Assembly (NCBI GenBank): GCA_030770535.1
Contig: JASVEC010000029.1
Span: 186,001-250,000, forward strand
Origin: Batkoa obscura
Lineage: Eukaryota
Length of the DNA: 64,000 nt
Reading direction: 5' to 3'
Part shown: positions 1 through 12,090 of the stretch, one piece after another
Numbering within the stretch: position 1 is the first letter of the stretch
How the letters are laid out: each line of letters begins with the position of its first letter
Position numbers and translations under genes: made by a program
The notes under the pieces: model-generated
What the model saw: the letters and a program-made list of their open reading frames with translations, nothing else
What the model was told of the DNA's origin: nothing
Databases searched by the model: none

Positions 1-1030
1 TTCTAAACGAGATTGATCCACTCTTTCATGTTGCTAAAAAAAATTAACATTAATATTAATATTAACATTATATCCTTCTAAAATAAATTACGTATAATTA
101 TAATTACCTCATAAAATCTTTTAATTTCTGAATCTAAAGTCACTCGAATTTCTTCTAAAGCTCTAGATAATTCAACAATTTTTTCATCTAAAAAATCAAT
201 TAAAACACTATTGAATTTTCAATAACTTATAATTTTACTTGTAGTTTCGTTTTTTTTTGATTTACTTTTAATTGATTTTTGTAACTAAATAATTATAAAA
301 ATTTATAATTAATAAAATACAATATCAACTTTTCTTTTTAAAAACTTACCTTAGCAATCTTAGCACTTTTTTCTTCATATTCTTTTGTAAGTCTCTGTGA
401 ATTACCTTCAATCTAAAATATTTAAATTTAATAAAAACTTAATAAAACATTCTATTTGTGTATTTACCAATCGAATACTTGATGAGTCTAAGTGAATATT
501 TGTAGATTCTCTTACAATTTTGTCCACTTTTTTAGTGATGTTTTGGGATAAAGTTTGATGATTAATTGATATTTCTTCAACTTCTTTTTGTAATTTACTA
601 AGGATAGAATCCAAATGACTATCATAGTTAATAATTAATATTTTGAATTAATATTTGGGTTTGTATAAAACAAAGGAAGATGACTCACTTAAACATTCCT
701 TTTTCTGTAATATAACTTTTCTTTGCTAATTTTAATAATTGTTTGGAATATAATTCTTCAATTTGAGCTCTTTATGAATAATAATAATTAAATTAGTTTA
801 ATTTGATTGTTCATTATTATTAATTTATTGTTTTACCTTTCTCTAAAAAAATCGGATAACTCTTCATCTAATTGTTTACTTTTTTTAACTCTTGCTCCCA
901 TGATTTCTAACCCAATTTTGGGTTTTTCTTTCTAATAAATCCAAATTAGTATTAGTATATTCTATTAAGATCAATAATAATTAAAATGTGTCTCCTACTA
1001 ACTTACCATGAATGTTTCTACATAACTCAT
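1..1030 (-). CDS. F-BAR/FCH-domain protein (Syp1/FCHo muniscin-like), 5' part; gene runs off the window start
   Basis: Exons 1030-1007, 931-837, 769-689, 618-~478 etc. with GT-AG introns give MSYVETFM-KEKPKIGLEIMGARVKKSKQLDEELSDFFRER-AQIEELYSKQLLKLAKK...HLDSILSKLQKEVEEISINHQTL, a typical FCH/F-BAR N-terminus (F..ERA.IE..Y.K.L.KL). Confidence 0.8.
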
Positions 1031-1733
1031 CTTTACTTTACTTTTAATTGATTTGCTTTATCTTCTTATTTAAAATGAATTGTTTTAATCTTTGGAATTT
1101 TTATTTCGTTTTTATATTATCAAATCTTTTTCAGCTGACCTAATTTATAACCATTTGAATTTTCAATAACCTATACAATACTAGTTTTATTGGTCAATAT
1201 TTTATCTAACCAATCATAATATAGAAATTAAGTTGACCAAAAATTTGAACTTTTTTCAGCCACCAAAATTGAATTTTTAAATAAAAATCCAGATTAACTC
1301 AATGACTATCAATATAGTCACCAAAATAATAGCATATTCATTTGATCAAATAGATGGCTAAAACTTTAATTTTTATTTAATAGACAATATAAAATATACT
1401 TTAATAATATTCAATAAAAAATTATATTAAAAAGATTTACTAAAATCATAAAATTTTTATTTTTATATTAAATATTTCTTCAAATAATAATAATTATTAA
1501 AATGAATACAATATTAATAAAATTGAAGCTTCATTTTAAAAATAATAACAAAATAATAATTAAAAAAATCGTCTAAATAATCATTTAATTCTATATTTCT
1601 ATATTTCTATATAATAAAAAACAATTGATAAGTCAATATCGTTATCGTAACCACTAGTTCAATATCAACTTATTCGCATAAATAACACTTTCATATATTA
1701 AAAATATAACAAAAATTAATCACAATTCCCACT

Positions 1734-3581
1734 TTACTCTGCCTTTTTTATAGCTTTAACAATTCTCATTTCCCCTTCATTCTCTCCTTCACTTTCCTCT
1801 TCGGAACTTGATGAACTATTCCCACTATCGCTTGAATATAATCTAGGTATCGTTTGTAATTTTCTAATTGAACTAGCTAATTTATAATAAAAATTGCCAT
1901 CATAATCACCATATGGAGGGGGTAACTTCATTCTTTTACTTTGTGAGAGTTTTGCTAAAGTATCTAGAGAGTGAATTAATTTTAGAGCTAATTTAGGTCG
2001 AGCATAACGGGTTTTTAGATAAACATATTCAAGATTTGTTGGGGAACAAAAATTTTGAGTAATGGCTATAGTAAAATCTATATAATAAAATAAATAAAAT
2101 TAATGTTAATCATAATAATAAAATTAGTTATTCTATTCTAAATTTAGAAACTTACCAACATTAATAACAATATGACTCCAACCACCAGGTACAAATATAG
2201 TTTCTCCAGGCCTTTGTAATACTTGTTGCATTTTTAATACCTTACCTAATGTAGGATCTAATACTGGATCCATAAATTCCTCTTCTCTTAAATTGGAAGA
2301 TATTCTAGCAGGTAATAAAAATTTAGGAAATACATCTGAAAACCAATTAATAGCTTCTCGATCTTTTCTACCATTACTTGGATCAATTAAAGTTTTATCT
2401 GTATTTGGTGGGAAGAGAACCCATCTAGATAAAAGAGAAGATGGTCAATTGAATTTTATTTATACTATTATAATATAAGTTTACCTTTTATATCCTTTAA
2501 TTAAAGCATTCCATGCACTTGTACCTAAAAAATAAATTTAAATATTAATGTAGTTTATACATTAATCTTAATTATTACCTAATGGATCTATATGAATACT
2601 AAATATTAATTAATTAATTAAAAATAAATAATAATATAATATAATATAATATAATATAATACTAATATAATATAAAACTTACTCAGTACCCGATCTAGCA
2701 GCCCCAATAACAATCCAACGATAAGGTGGTCTACGATTACCAGTTAAATGAAATAAATCGATATCAAAAAATTTGGGTATAAAAAAATCATTTAATAAAT
2801 TTTCTTTTTTAATTATATCTTTATCCCCTCCTTCTATTTTTCGCTTATTGTTATTATTGTTATTATTGTTATTATTGTTATTATTTCTTTTTAAATCCTT
2901 TTTTCTAGTTACTGAAGAATCAAATACATATAATGGAGAATCATCCGTTATTCCTTCTGTTTTTAAATAATTAAAATAATGTTTCATTTTAATATAAACA
3001 CCATTATTTTTATCATCATGACCAACACGAAACTTTTCGTTAGCATAAACTTGATTAAAATACTATAAATTAAAAATGAAAAAATTAATAACACATAACT
3101 ATTGAACTATTTTATATTAAAATAATATTATTTTACCTCTTCATTCCATTTATTTTTTGCTGGCCAAAGATCCGTTAATCCTTTAATAATTACAGGTATA
3201 TTTAACTTTTCATACTTTTCAATAAATTCTTCACGGGAAGTTGATATATAATCGATTCTTTTTAATTTATCTAATTTAGGATCCATATACCAATTTTGTT
3301 GATAATAGGAATGTTGATTCCATTTATCAATTGGAAGGGCTAGTTAAAAGAAGAAAGAGTTAGCATAAAGTGAAAAGCATAGAGAATGATAGAAAGTTAC
3401 ATGAACGAGCTAGTTTTTTAGCTTTATTGATTTTTTTCTGAGATTTTAATGAATAAGTTGGAATATCTTTTGTTTTAATTGAATTATCTACTAAAGTAAG
3501 ATTGAAATTGATTAGTATTTTTAATTGAATATTATATTATTTATTACTATTATTATTATTACCCACTTTTAATTTTGTCAT
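1734..3581 (-). CDS. JMJD6: JmjC-domain arginine demethylase/lysyl hydroxylase JMJD6 (PSR) homolog, multi-exon
   Basis: Spliced translation has [44 protein letters not shown] and QRPGETIFVPGGWSHIVIN..FTIAITQNFCSPTN (HxD...H iron ligands). Ser/acidic C-terminal tail, a poly-Asn insert and a 20-nt microexon at 2579-2598. Confidence 0.93.
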
Positions 3582-3816
3582 TAAAACTCAAATATTAATT
3601 AAAAAAGAATTAAAAATCTATACAAATAAAATTTACCAATTTTATTAAAAATAGATGATTTCATTTATATTTTATTCTTTAAAAAAAATTGCCAATCAAA
3701 AAAAATTGCATCTCAAATCCCCTTTTCACTACCAATGAACTAAGAAACTTATAATAATATTAAAATGAAATATAATTCTCTTCTGACACTCCTAGTAATG
3801 AAAATTCATTAATAGA

Positions 3817-5334
3817 TTAATTACTCAATAGAGAATTCACTCTAGATGTTGAAAATTGATTAAAATCATACGATTTCCTATTGTTATTACTTGTATTAAA
3901 AGGTACATCAATTTCTAAAGGAATGGACGTTTTTCTATCTAATAATGGACTAGTTACATCCTCTACATTATTATCATTCCTAGTCAATGTATCTACTCGT
4001 AAGGGAAGTGAAGCATCATTATCCTGTAGCAATCTCCTATTCTCACCTTCCCCTCCTCTTATTTCAGGTGGTGGATCCAATATTAAACTAGCAATATTGG
4101 ACTCAATAGTATTAAAATTAACTTCATCACAAGAAGAAAAAGAATCAACTCTTTCTTTGTTATTGAATTCAAATAATGAGGACATATTATTTCGATCATT
4201 TTGTTGTTTAATTGTATTTTGATATGTTTTGATTCGATGGAATTTATATAATTTGTAGAATAGGTAGAGAAAGAGAATAATGAAACTAAATCCAATGGCA
4301 ATGAGATTACCTATTAAAGCACCAGAAGCGACGATAATATCTTTTTGTTCATCCGTTAATGGAATGGGGGCTAGCGCTGGAGATATAGTTTGTTTAATTA
4401 TATTATCCTGTTTTAGAAATTGATTGTTTAAAGGTATAAAATAATTTTGTTTATTTAAATCCATGGATTCATTATTAATAGTAAATAAATTAATATTATT
4501 TAAATTATTAATAAAAAATAAATTATTATCTTTTATTATGGGTTGAAAATAATTACTATCATTATTTGATATATTATTATTATTATTATCTCTTTTAGAT
4601 AGATAACTTGATTTATCAATTATTGTATTTTGTTGCTGATTATAAATGTAAATATTAAATTTATCTTTAATTAAATACCAACTAGTTAAATTATATTGTG
4701 TTCCAATTGAATTAACATGAATTTTTTCAAATGCATCTATCTTTTGTGACTTCCAATGTTCCTTTATCATATCTAATTTATATACTTTCGGATTATAATT
4801 GCCAAACACAAACATCTTATTATTATCATCATCGCATATCACGTTTGATGGATAAAAATTAGGCAATTTATTTAATCTACTTGATTTCACTTTATTTATC
4901 TTCCTACTTTTAACATCTACTTTATATAACTTATAACTGGGATAAAAGTATTCATCTGAACCGCCAAAGATGAAAAATTCTTGCTTATTTTTATAATAAC
5001 ACGTTAAATAATTTCTTAAATACGGTTTATCTCCTTCCGTTTGGATCTCTTTTACTTCTTTATTCTTAATTCCAATTTCAATAAGATTAAACTTATCGGT
5101 TAACAATATTAATTTATCATTAGTTATAGTAATGACTTTCTTTATACCCACATTTAGTTTTGAATTCGTTATTATGGGCTTGAATTTCATTGCAGATACA
5201 TCTCCTTCCGTCAATTTTAATTCATATATATTGTCATTGTATTCATATTTATCATCACTAAGTTGTCGTTTGCCTCCTATTAAATATATACTATCACCAA
5301 GTGTTATGGTTTGAAAATCAATTATTGATGTCAT
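3817..5334 (-). CDS. Kelch/beta-propeller-like single-pass membrane protein, intronless
   Basis: 505-aa ORF with kelch-like motifs (IYLIGG, FFIFGG, MFVFG), one hydrophobic segment (IIVASGALIGNLIAIGFSFIILFLYLFY) followed by basic residues and a disordered tail. No obvious signal peptide. Confidence 0.75.
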   Translation of the reverse strand: MTSIIDFQTITLGDSIYLIGGKRQLSDDKYEYNDNIYELKLTEGDVSAMKFKPIITNSKLNVGIKKVITITNDKLILLTDKFNLIEIGIKNKEVKEIQTEGDKPYLRNYLTCYYKNKQEFFIFGGSDEYFYPSYKLYKVDVKSRKINKVKSSRLNKLPNFYPSNVICDDDNNKMFVFGNYNPKVYKLDMIKEHWKSQKIDAFEKIHVNSIGTQYNLTSWYLIKDKFNIYIYNQQQNTIIDKSSYLSKRDNNNNNISNNDSNYFQPIIKDNNLFFINNLNNINLFTINNESMDLNKQNYFIPLNNQFLKQDNIIKQTISPALAPIPLTDEQKDIIVASGALIGNLIAIGFSFIILFLYLFYKLYKFHRIKTYQNTIKQQNDRNNMSSLFEFNNKERVDSFSSCDEVNFNTIESNIASLILDPPPEIRGGEGENRRLLQDNDASLPLRVDTLTRNDNNVEDVTSPLLDRKTSIPLEIDVPFNTSNNNRKSYDFNQFSTSRVNSLLSN

Positions 5335-5563
5335 TCAGTGATGGTAATATTGATAGTGGTGATATATATAGTGTATCTATGTATATTTACTGCTGAAGTG
5401 ATTGTACAGTATTTAAATGGTCAAATTAAGAAAAGAAAAAAAGATAAATTTAAAAAAATCGGGTGAATTTGAGTCCTTGTTATAGGGTTCAAATTACTCC
5501 GTTTTTTTCTATTTTTTAAAAGATTCGAAAAAAATGGAGAACTTTTACTGTTCTTTTCAATTA

Positions 5564-5669
5564 TATAGGGATATATTTTTTTGTTTAAGAATTTTACTAA
5601 CAATCTTTTCGCTCAAATAGCGCTTAAAAATGGAAAAGGAAGGTAATGAAATAAAAAAACATCCTCATA
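5564..5669 (+). mobile_element. MITE family A copy 1 (~105 bp)
   Basis: Matches the repeated unit TA|TGGGGATGTATTTTTTTGTTTAAGAATTTTACTAACAATCTTTCCGCTCAAATAGCGCTTAAAAAATGGAAAAAGTGATGAAACCAAAAAAAACACCCCCA|TA; imperfect terminal inverted repeats and TA flanks. Confidence 0.85.
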
Positions 5670-6043
5670 TGGAGATGTCTGAATTGATTTCATTTTTTTA
5701 TCTAATTTTTAAATTTTAAATTTTAAATTACGGATAAAGTAACCAGTGAAACTGTATTAAAATAAAGCCCAGTTTTTTGAATTTTTTATTAAGAACCTTG
5801 CTTAAAATTCTATAAAAATAAATTCTTTATTAAAAAGCAAAAGTACTTAACAGTTTTAAAAGATTATAATAAAAACCTAATATTCAATAATGGACAAGTT
5901 AACACAAGCAATTGTTATAAGTAGTTTTTTAAAGTATGATTTAAATATTATACTATAAAAATTTTGTTTAATAAAATTCTATTATTAAGAAATCTATAAT
6001 TAATATTTACTTTTTTAATTTGATTTTAATAATTAAAAAAATA

Positions 6044-6147
6044 TATAGGGGTGTTTTTTTAGCTTCATCACTTTTTCCATTTTTTAAGCGCTATTTGAGC
6101 GGAAAGATTGTTAGTAAAATTCTTAAATAAAAAAATATATCCCTATA
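6044..6147 (-). mobile_element. MITE family A copy 2
   Basis: Reverse-complement copy of the same unit, TA-flanked. Confidence 0.88.
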
Positions 6148-7114
6148 TATTAAAGTATATATTATATAAAATTATATTAATAGAAGTCCTGTTTTTTTAT
6201 ATATATTTTATTAATGTAATATATAAAAAGTAATCAAAACTTTTAAATTATTTTATTATAGTACATATTATAAACTAGTAGAATTTTTGCTAAATTAGTA
6301 AAGATTTTCTTAATATAACTTATATATTAATATTGATTAAAATTGTAATATGTAAATAAATACATTTTTTATTTAGAAAGCTTTTTTTAGTTTAATTAAA
6401 TAATAAATTTATTATTTTGATATTAAAACTACACTATTAATATATTGTCAAATTGATAAATATTTGGATAAAAAAGGAGTAATGTGAGAGTTGGTACTCA
6501 GTGGTAGGGGTTAAAAGCAGTTCTTGCTTGATTAACTTACCTTGAGTCGAAAGGTTTTAGTTTATATAACTAAGATAGACTTAAATGAATAAGAATAATA
6601 CGTAATAAGTTACGAACTATGTAAAACAAATAGAATAGACAATACTACTGTAAAATCTACGTAAGACGTTGTCAGAAAGACTTAGTGGCTTTGTTGATGA
6701 TACGTTATCAAAGACTAATTCAATTAAAAAAAGCCTCGAGTTATCATGTTGGAGAATCTCTTTTATACTCCAACAAGTGCGGATATCAAAACTAGAGGAT
6801 ATCATTCTTTGCAATATGGAGTTAGAAATCCTCACAGCAAATCAAAACAAGGAACTCTGAATTGATTATACCACATGGTTCACGGTTGAATTGATTACAA
6901 GACTACCACTAGTTTTGTAAACAAGTTCAATGATTATTATCTTATAATTAATCCGAGAGCTGATAAACCAATATTTCACATTTATTAATTGTATTTTTTT
7001 ATAGTATTTAACAAAAAAATCAAAATTAAACTTTAAACTATCATATATCTTATAATTTTTTTTAAATATAATGTAAAAATTTTAAAAGTTTAAATAGTTT
7101 TTTATATTTGCTTA

Positions 7115-7217
7115 TATGGGGGTGTTTTTTTTGGTTTCATCACTTTCCATTTTTTAAGCGTTATTTAAGTGGAAAAATTACTGGTAAAATTCTTAAACAA
7201 AAAAATACATCCCCATA
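7115..7217 (-). mobile_element. MITE family A copy 3
   Basis: tatgggggtgtttttttt...aaaaaaatacatccccata. Confidence 0.88.
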
Positions 7218-8520
7218 TATTAATTTTTGTAAATTTTTTGAATAAAAGTTTTCTAAATATTAGATTAATTAAACAGTTTCCTATATATATTAAATCATGA
7301 TTTAACATTTTATATAAATAATTAAAATGAGCTTTGTTTATTGTTTTATTATTTTTTAACTATAAGATATTAGACTTTAATACTAATATAGTTTATTTAT
7401 TATGATAGCTTGAATTTATTAAATCTGGCTTTATTTTTTTATTTTTTTTTTATTTTTTTTTATTTTTTTTATATTAAATCCAAAACTTTTATATTTATTA
7501 AAATAATATAAAACATATAGTTAAAAAAACTACTTGTTTAAAATAAAATGATTAAAATTAGTTTTTTAAGTTAAATAAAAAAGTTTTACTTTAAAAAACT
7601 TAAAGTTATTTAATTCTATATTAAAGATTTAAATTTAAAAACTTAAAATTTTTAAATAAATTTAAGCATTTTTATATTTAAATTATTATTATTTTTAAGT
7701 AAAATATAACAAAACAAGCAAACTAAGTATAAATAAGAAATTGATTTGTTATTATTTTTTTAAAAGTAGTTTTAATTCAGCTTGGATTTATAAACTATAA
7801 TAAAGATTAAATAAAAAAACAAAAATGCTGTGTTATTTTTTAAAATCTATTCAACTCTGTTTATTGAATTAGAATAAACTATGCTATTTATAAATTTTGA
7901 ATTTTATTTTTTTATAGCTTTTTTACTATTAGTCATTCATTTTTATAATAAAATATTAGCTAATGTTATTACTTATTTATTATATAAGCAGATGTATTTT
8001 GCTTTTATTTATGACTTTAATTTAATAAAATTCCATATTTCTACTCTTTTTAAAAGTCATTGAAGGTTATATTCCATATTAACTACTTGAATACCGTAGA
8101 CAAGCTGTGCTTGCCAAATTTTTTTAAAACAAAATTAAGTTATGATGAACATTGCTTATTAAATTAGTCCCAGCTAAGCAAAAAACATTCCTTAATAATT
8201 AAAAGATAGATTGAAATTTCAATCCAATAGAATTTTTTGAGATGTTTAGTACTTAAAGGGTTAAATAAATTCCAAAATGCTATTAGAAATAATGCTATTA
8301 ATTAAAAAAGCATTGAATTATGATGTTACATTATTGTAATATTATAAAAATATTGGATTTAATAAGTTATTTAAACTATTTACTAAGCAACGGATTTATT
8401 ATATAAATAGAAAAGATTACTTAACTTTTTTTTTCCGTTATACAGAAAATCCTATCTTTTTTTTAATATAGATACTTTATTATTTCCTTTATACAAAATA
8501 TTTTTCTTTATCATTTAAAC

Positions 8521-9903
8521 ATGATGCTTAGATTCGAGGATTTATCAGATATTATTTTAGAGGAGATATTTAATTCAGTATCTCCATATGAGTTAATTAG
8601 ACTTCGTACTTTGAACAAGTTCTTTAATAGGTTTATTTCTATAATGGTATTTAACAAAAGGTGTAATTCAGTTCCTGCATTCTATATTGATGATGAATTT
8701 CGAGATAAGTTTATAACTAGGAATGGAAACAATATGAATCATTTAAATGTAGGTTCCAATGATAATATCCGATATCTTAAATTATGTCCAAATATTTCTA
8801 GTTTATCTGTATATTGTTATAATAATCTGAACGAATTGGGCCTAGCAATAGCTTCTAATTCTTTCCCTAGGTTAAGAACTCTTAAGCTGGAAGTATCATG
8901 TGAAAGACCTGAATTTATAACTTTTTTACTAATCATTAAGCTTACATTATATAATATTGAAAACCTTCATATAGAACGTTTTAAATATAAGCTTGATGAA
9001 GTTGTTAGCTATATCAATCCAAATAAGCTTGATGAAGTTGTTAGCTATCTCAATCCACATAAGCTTAAAGTATTGAACTTTCGTTCACTTTTTGGTTCTA
9101 TTGTAGATTTGGACTCACTAAAACAAATAAAGGGTGAGTTGAAAGGTTTAAAACTATTATCAGTAACGTGTTATAAGCGGTTCTATAATCGTGTCTTTGA
9201 TGATTTAGTATCTTATGAATCTCCAACCAAATTTAACATAACTTTGAAGCATTTCAATGGGTACTTAAATCAATATAAAGATTTACTAAGATTTAATGAG
9301 ATTTACATAGATACAATCAATGAAGAGTTTGATTTTAGAATATTTGATAAAATAGACAAACATAAAATCAGAGCTTTAGGTTATATCAATCCTACAATGC
9401 TTAAAATTATTGATTTGAAATTATTACCAAATCTAAAGAAAGTGAGTATAATGGAAAAAGATGAATTACCAACTATTATAGGCTCAATTTCTTCAGTATT
9501 AACAATCCATACTATTGAACTATGTTTCCTTGAACAAGTCTTTAAACCCGATAAATTAATTTCACTAAGAGATTTTGATTTAAGGAAAATTAAGCATACT
9601 AATACTTATTACCATAAGCGACCCTTAAACAAGCAACATTTTATCCAGTGTAGCTTTATAAAGCAGTTAACATTTATTAATTGCTTTGTATCATTACAAG
9701 ATATTTTTGATGTTTTATATTTATTTCCTAACATTGAATCGGTTACGCTCAAGAAGTTTACTTTTAAGAAATGTAAAGAAAAAATAGTATACAGCCTTAG
9801 TAATCCTATATTATTTCAATTTATTAAAATCCAGTTTGAATGTAATAAAGCAGAAATTATGGATATTTTAAACAAGGATTCATTGATTACATTAGTAAAA
9901 TAG
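8521..9903 (+). CDS. F-box protein with LRR-like C-terminal region, intronless
   Basis: N-terminal F-box-like motif (FEDLSDIILEEIFNSVSPYELIRLRTLNKFFNRF) followed by LRR-like repeats (CPNISSLSV, FPRLRTLKL, LPNLKKVSI, FPNIESVTL). Confidence 0.8.
   Translation: MMLRFEDLSDIILEEIFNSVSPYELIRLRTLNKFFNRFISIMVFNKRCNSVPAFYIDDEFRDKFITRNGNNMNHLNVGSNDNIRYLKLCPNISSLSVYCYNNLNELGLAIASNSFPRLRTLKLEVSCERPEFITFLLIIKLTLYNIENLHIERFKYKLDEVVSYINPNKLDEVVSYLNPHKLKVLNFRSLFGSIVDLDSLKQIKGELKGLKLLSVTCYKRFYNRVFDDLVSYESPTKFNITLKHFNGYLNQYKDLLRFNEIYIDTINEEFDFRIFDKIDKHKIRALGYINPTMLKIIDLKLLPNLKKVSIMEKDELPTIIGSISSVLTIHTIELCFLEQVFKPDKLISLRDFDLRKIKHTNTYYHKRPLNKQHFIQCSFIKQLTFINCFVSLQDIFDVLYLFPNIESVTLKKFTFKKCKEKIVYSLSNPILFQFIKIQFECNKAEIMDILNKDSLITLVK
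8989..9066 (+). repeat. In-frame 36-bp tandem duplication inside the F-box gene
   Basis: aagcttgatgaagttgttagctat(a/c)tcaatcca(a/c)at x2 plus aagctt, encoding KLDEVVSYINPN-KLDEVVSYLNPH-KL. Confidence 0.95.
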
Positions 9904-10087
9904 CTCAACAAAGTAAGATAATAACTAGCTTTATTGAGTCTGCCCTTCAGCATCTTTTTTATGCAATAAAATCTATTATCTTCCTACTAATAAAACTTTA
10001 ACTATAATTTTTTTTAAATAAATGATATAGCTTTCTAAATTATTTAATATTTAATTATTATTTTGTTTTCTAAAAAATTCCTAAACG

Positions 10088-10497
10088 TCAACCTTTATCA
10101 GCTTCTTTGTTATCTCCATTTTTACTTACGTTATTCAATTTACTATCATTCTTTTTATCTCCTTTCTTAGCTTCATTTTTCTTTTCAGCCTTTCTGTCAC
10201 CTTATCTACTCAACCTTTTGTTTTGAATATTATCTAGTTAATCACTCTTCTTTTGATCACCTTCTTTTTCACCTACATTTTCTTTGTCTTTGTCTTCTCC
10301 TTCCTCATCATCACCTCTTATATTTGATTTACTATTCACTTGATCATTCAAATGTTTGTTAACCTTAGGATTCAACTAATTAGCACGTTCAATCTAATTA
10401 CTATCATCGACATTGGGAATATAATTAGAACGAAGGTAACAGCGCCAATGATGATGGAAGATAAAACCAAAGCAGTATAGAACTGTCTAAGCTACAT
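10088..10497 (-). pseudogene. Pseudogene of a secreted Lys/Glu/Asp/Gly-rich protein (copy A)
   Basis: M*LRQFYTALVLSSIIIGAV (signal-peptide-like, stop at codon 2), a frameshift, then N*LNPKVNKHLNDQVNSKSNIRGDDEEGEDKDKENVGEKEGDQKKSD*... with several TAG/TAA stops. Confidence 0.7.
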
Positions 10498-11422
10498 AAT
10501 TTGTTGATAAAAATTAAAGTAAGGAGGATGAGTGAAGCGTAAGTATTAATTTCAAATTGAAAAGTGTTCATAAGTATAATGGAATTTTGTTGATAGTTTT
10601 TATAGTCTCTACTTCGGATTTTATTCGTTATTTTTAAAATATTTACTACAATTTTATTTTATAACTCATTAATGAACTATTAGTTTATAAACATATAAAA
10701 AGTTAAATAAATCCTTCTTAGTTTATCATTAATTTATTTGTATTCTTTTTATTCTTCTTTATGAAATTAATATGCCTCAGTATAATAAATTTAAGAAGAT
10801 TTCAATAGTATTTAATTCAACTTTTTATTTGTATAATATTAAATATTTGATTATTTTAATTGTCGTTTTAATAGATGTGTATGTTATTTATATTTTAGTT
10901 ATGTATTAAAATAAAATAATCAAATCAAATCTATAAATATTAATAAATTGATATAAATTTAAAGAATTCACCCACTTAAAAGTGATATTGCAACTTACAA
11001 TATCAATTATGATATATTCAATATCACTGAACAACCCCATACGAGCTATATCTCATTCGAAATAATCACAATGATGAGATCGTTTATTTCATAACCTTTA
11101 ATTGTGTATTTACTATGAGATGATATGTAGTCAATAAAACGAAACTCACTACACCATTAATAGAATTCATTACTTTTATATTATTATTAAAATTTAGTTT
11201 TAAAACAAGATTATTAAAAAAATCCATAATAAATAGTATAGCATTCTATCTTATTATCCTTATTTGATAATAAATTATTAAAGTCGTAAAAGTTGGAAAT
11301 AGACTATACAAGACATAAAACTAAAATTTATTGAAAGTACTGATTTTTTCGAAATAGTAAGCTGTTCAAAATATAATTACTGATTTTACCTTTTCAAAAA
11401 TTTATAGAAGCTAATATTTAAC

Positions 11423-11760
11423 AGGTTTATTACTAACTTCTTTGCTACCACCTTTATTTTATTTACTGGCTTTCTTAATCCCTTTTTTCTTTCCAGTTTT
11501 TTTATCACCTACTCTATTTGGTCTTCCTCATTGGACATCTTCTTTTTCGTCATTCCTTTCTTCTTTATCTTTATTTCCTATTTAGTCTTTTTCAACACTT
11601 TCATTTCCGGCACTTCCTTCTTCTTTCTCATCAGTATTTCTGCTTGATTTAACATTCGCTTAGTTATACAAGTAACTGTTAATTTTAAGACTTAAGGAAT
11701 TCTCAGACCAACTTGGATATCTGGTATCAGGTGTTAAATATCTAAATTTATTCGATATTT
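11423..11760 (-). pseudogene. Paralogous pseudogene (copy B) of the charged secreted protein
   Basis: NSLSLKINSYLYN*ANVKSSRNTDEKEEG aligns with copy A N*LNPKVNKHLNDQVNSKSNIRGDDEEG, and NRVGDKKTGKKKGIKKASK with SR*GDRKAEKKNEAKKGDK. Boundaries approximate. Confidence 0.6.
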
Positions 11761-11989
11761 CCACAACTAAACTTAATTTTATTTAAAAATATTGGGAATA
11801 TCTAGCTGTAATAGTAGATGTATTTTATTGAGAAACTCATATTTTCAGATAGATAATTCTAAGCAAAATGGATGTTTTTATAAATTAAATATAAAAATTA
11901 TCAGATGTTTTAATTTGATTTTAATTTATATGCGTTAGCAATATTAAATTAAATTAAAAAAAACATTACGTTAAAATTAATCAAAACTA

Positions 11990-12090
11990 TATAGGGTGTT
12001 TTTTTTAGTTTCACTTTTTAGTTTTTTTTTAAGCACTATTGAGCTGAAAGATGTTAATAAATTTCTTAAACAAAAAGAGATATCCTCATA
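11990..12090 (-). mobile_element. MITE family A copy 4 (degenerate)
   Basis: tatagggtgtttttttt...caaaaagagatatcctcata. Confidence 0.8.

Noticed and set aside
2773..5314. Plus-strand ORFs 2773-2970, 3881-4222 and 5132-5314 (also 22676-22921, 34819-35067, 50784-50981, 62605-62793)
   Set aside because: Antisense shadows of real genes, often over poly-Asn or low-complexity tracts.
5564..6147. Copies 1+2 (and 9+10) as long TIRs of one larger element family
   Set aside because: Interiors of the pairs are not homologous, each copy has its own TIRs, and the shared variants are recurrent G>A changes.
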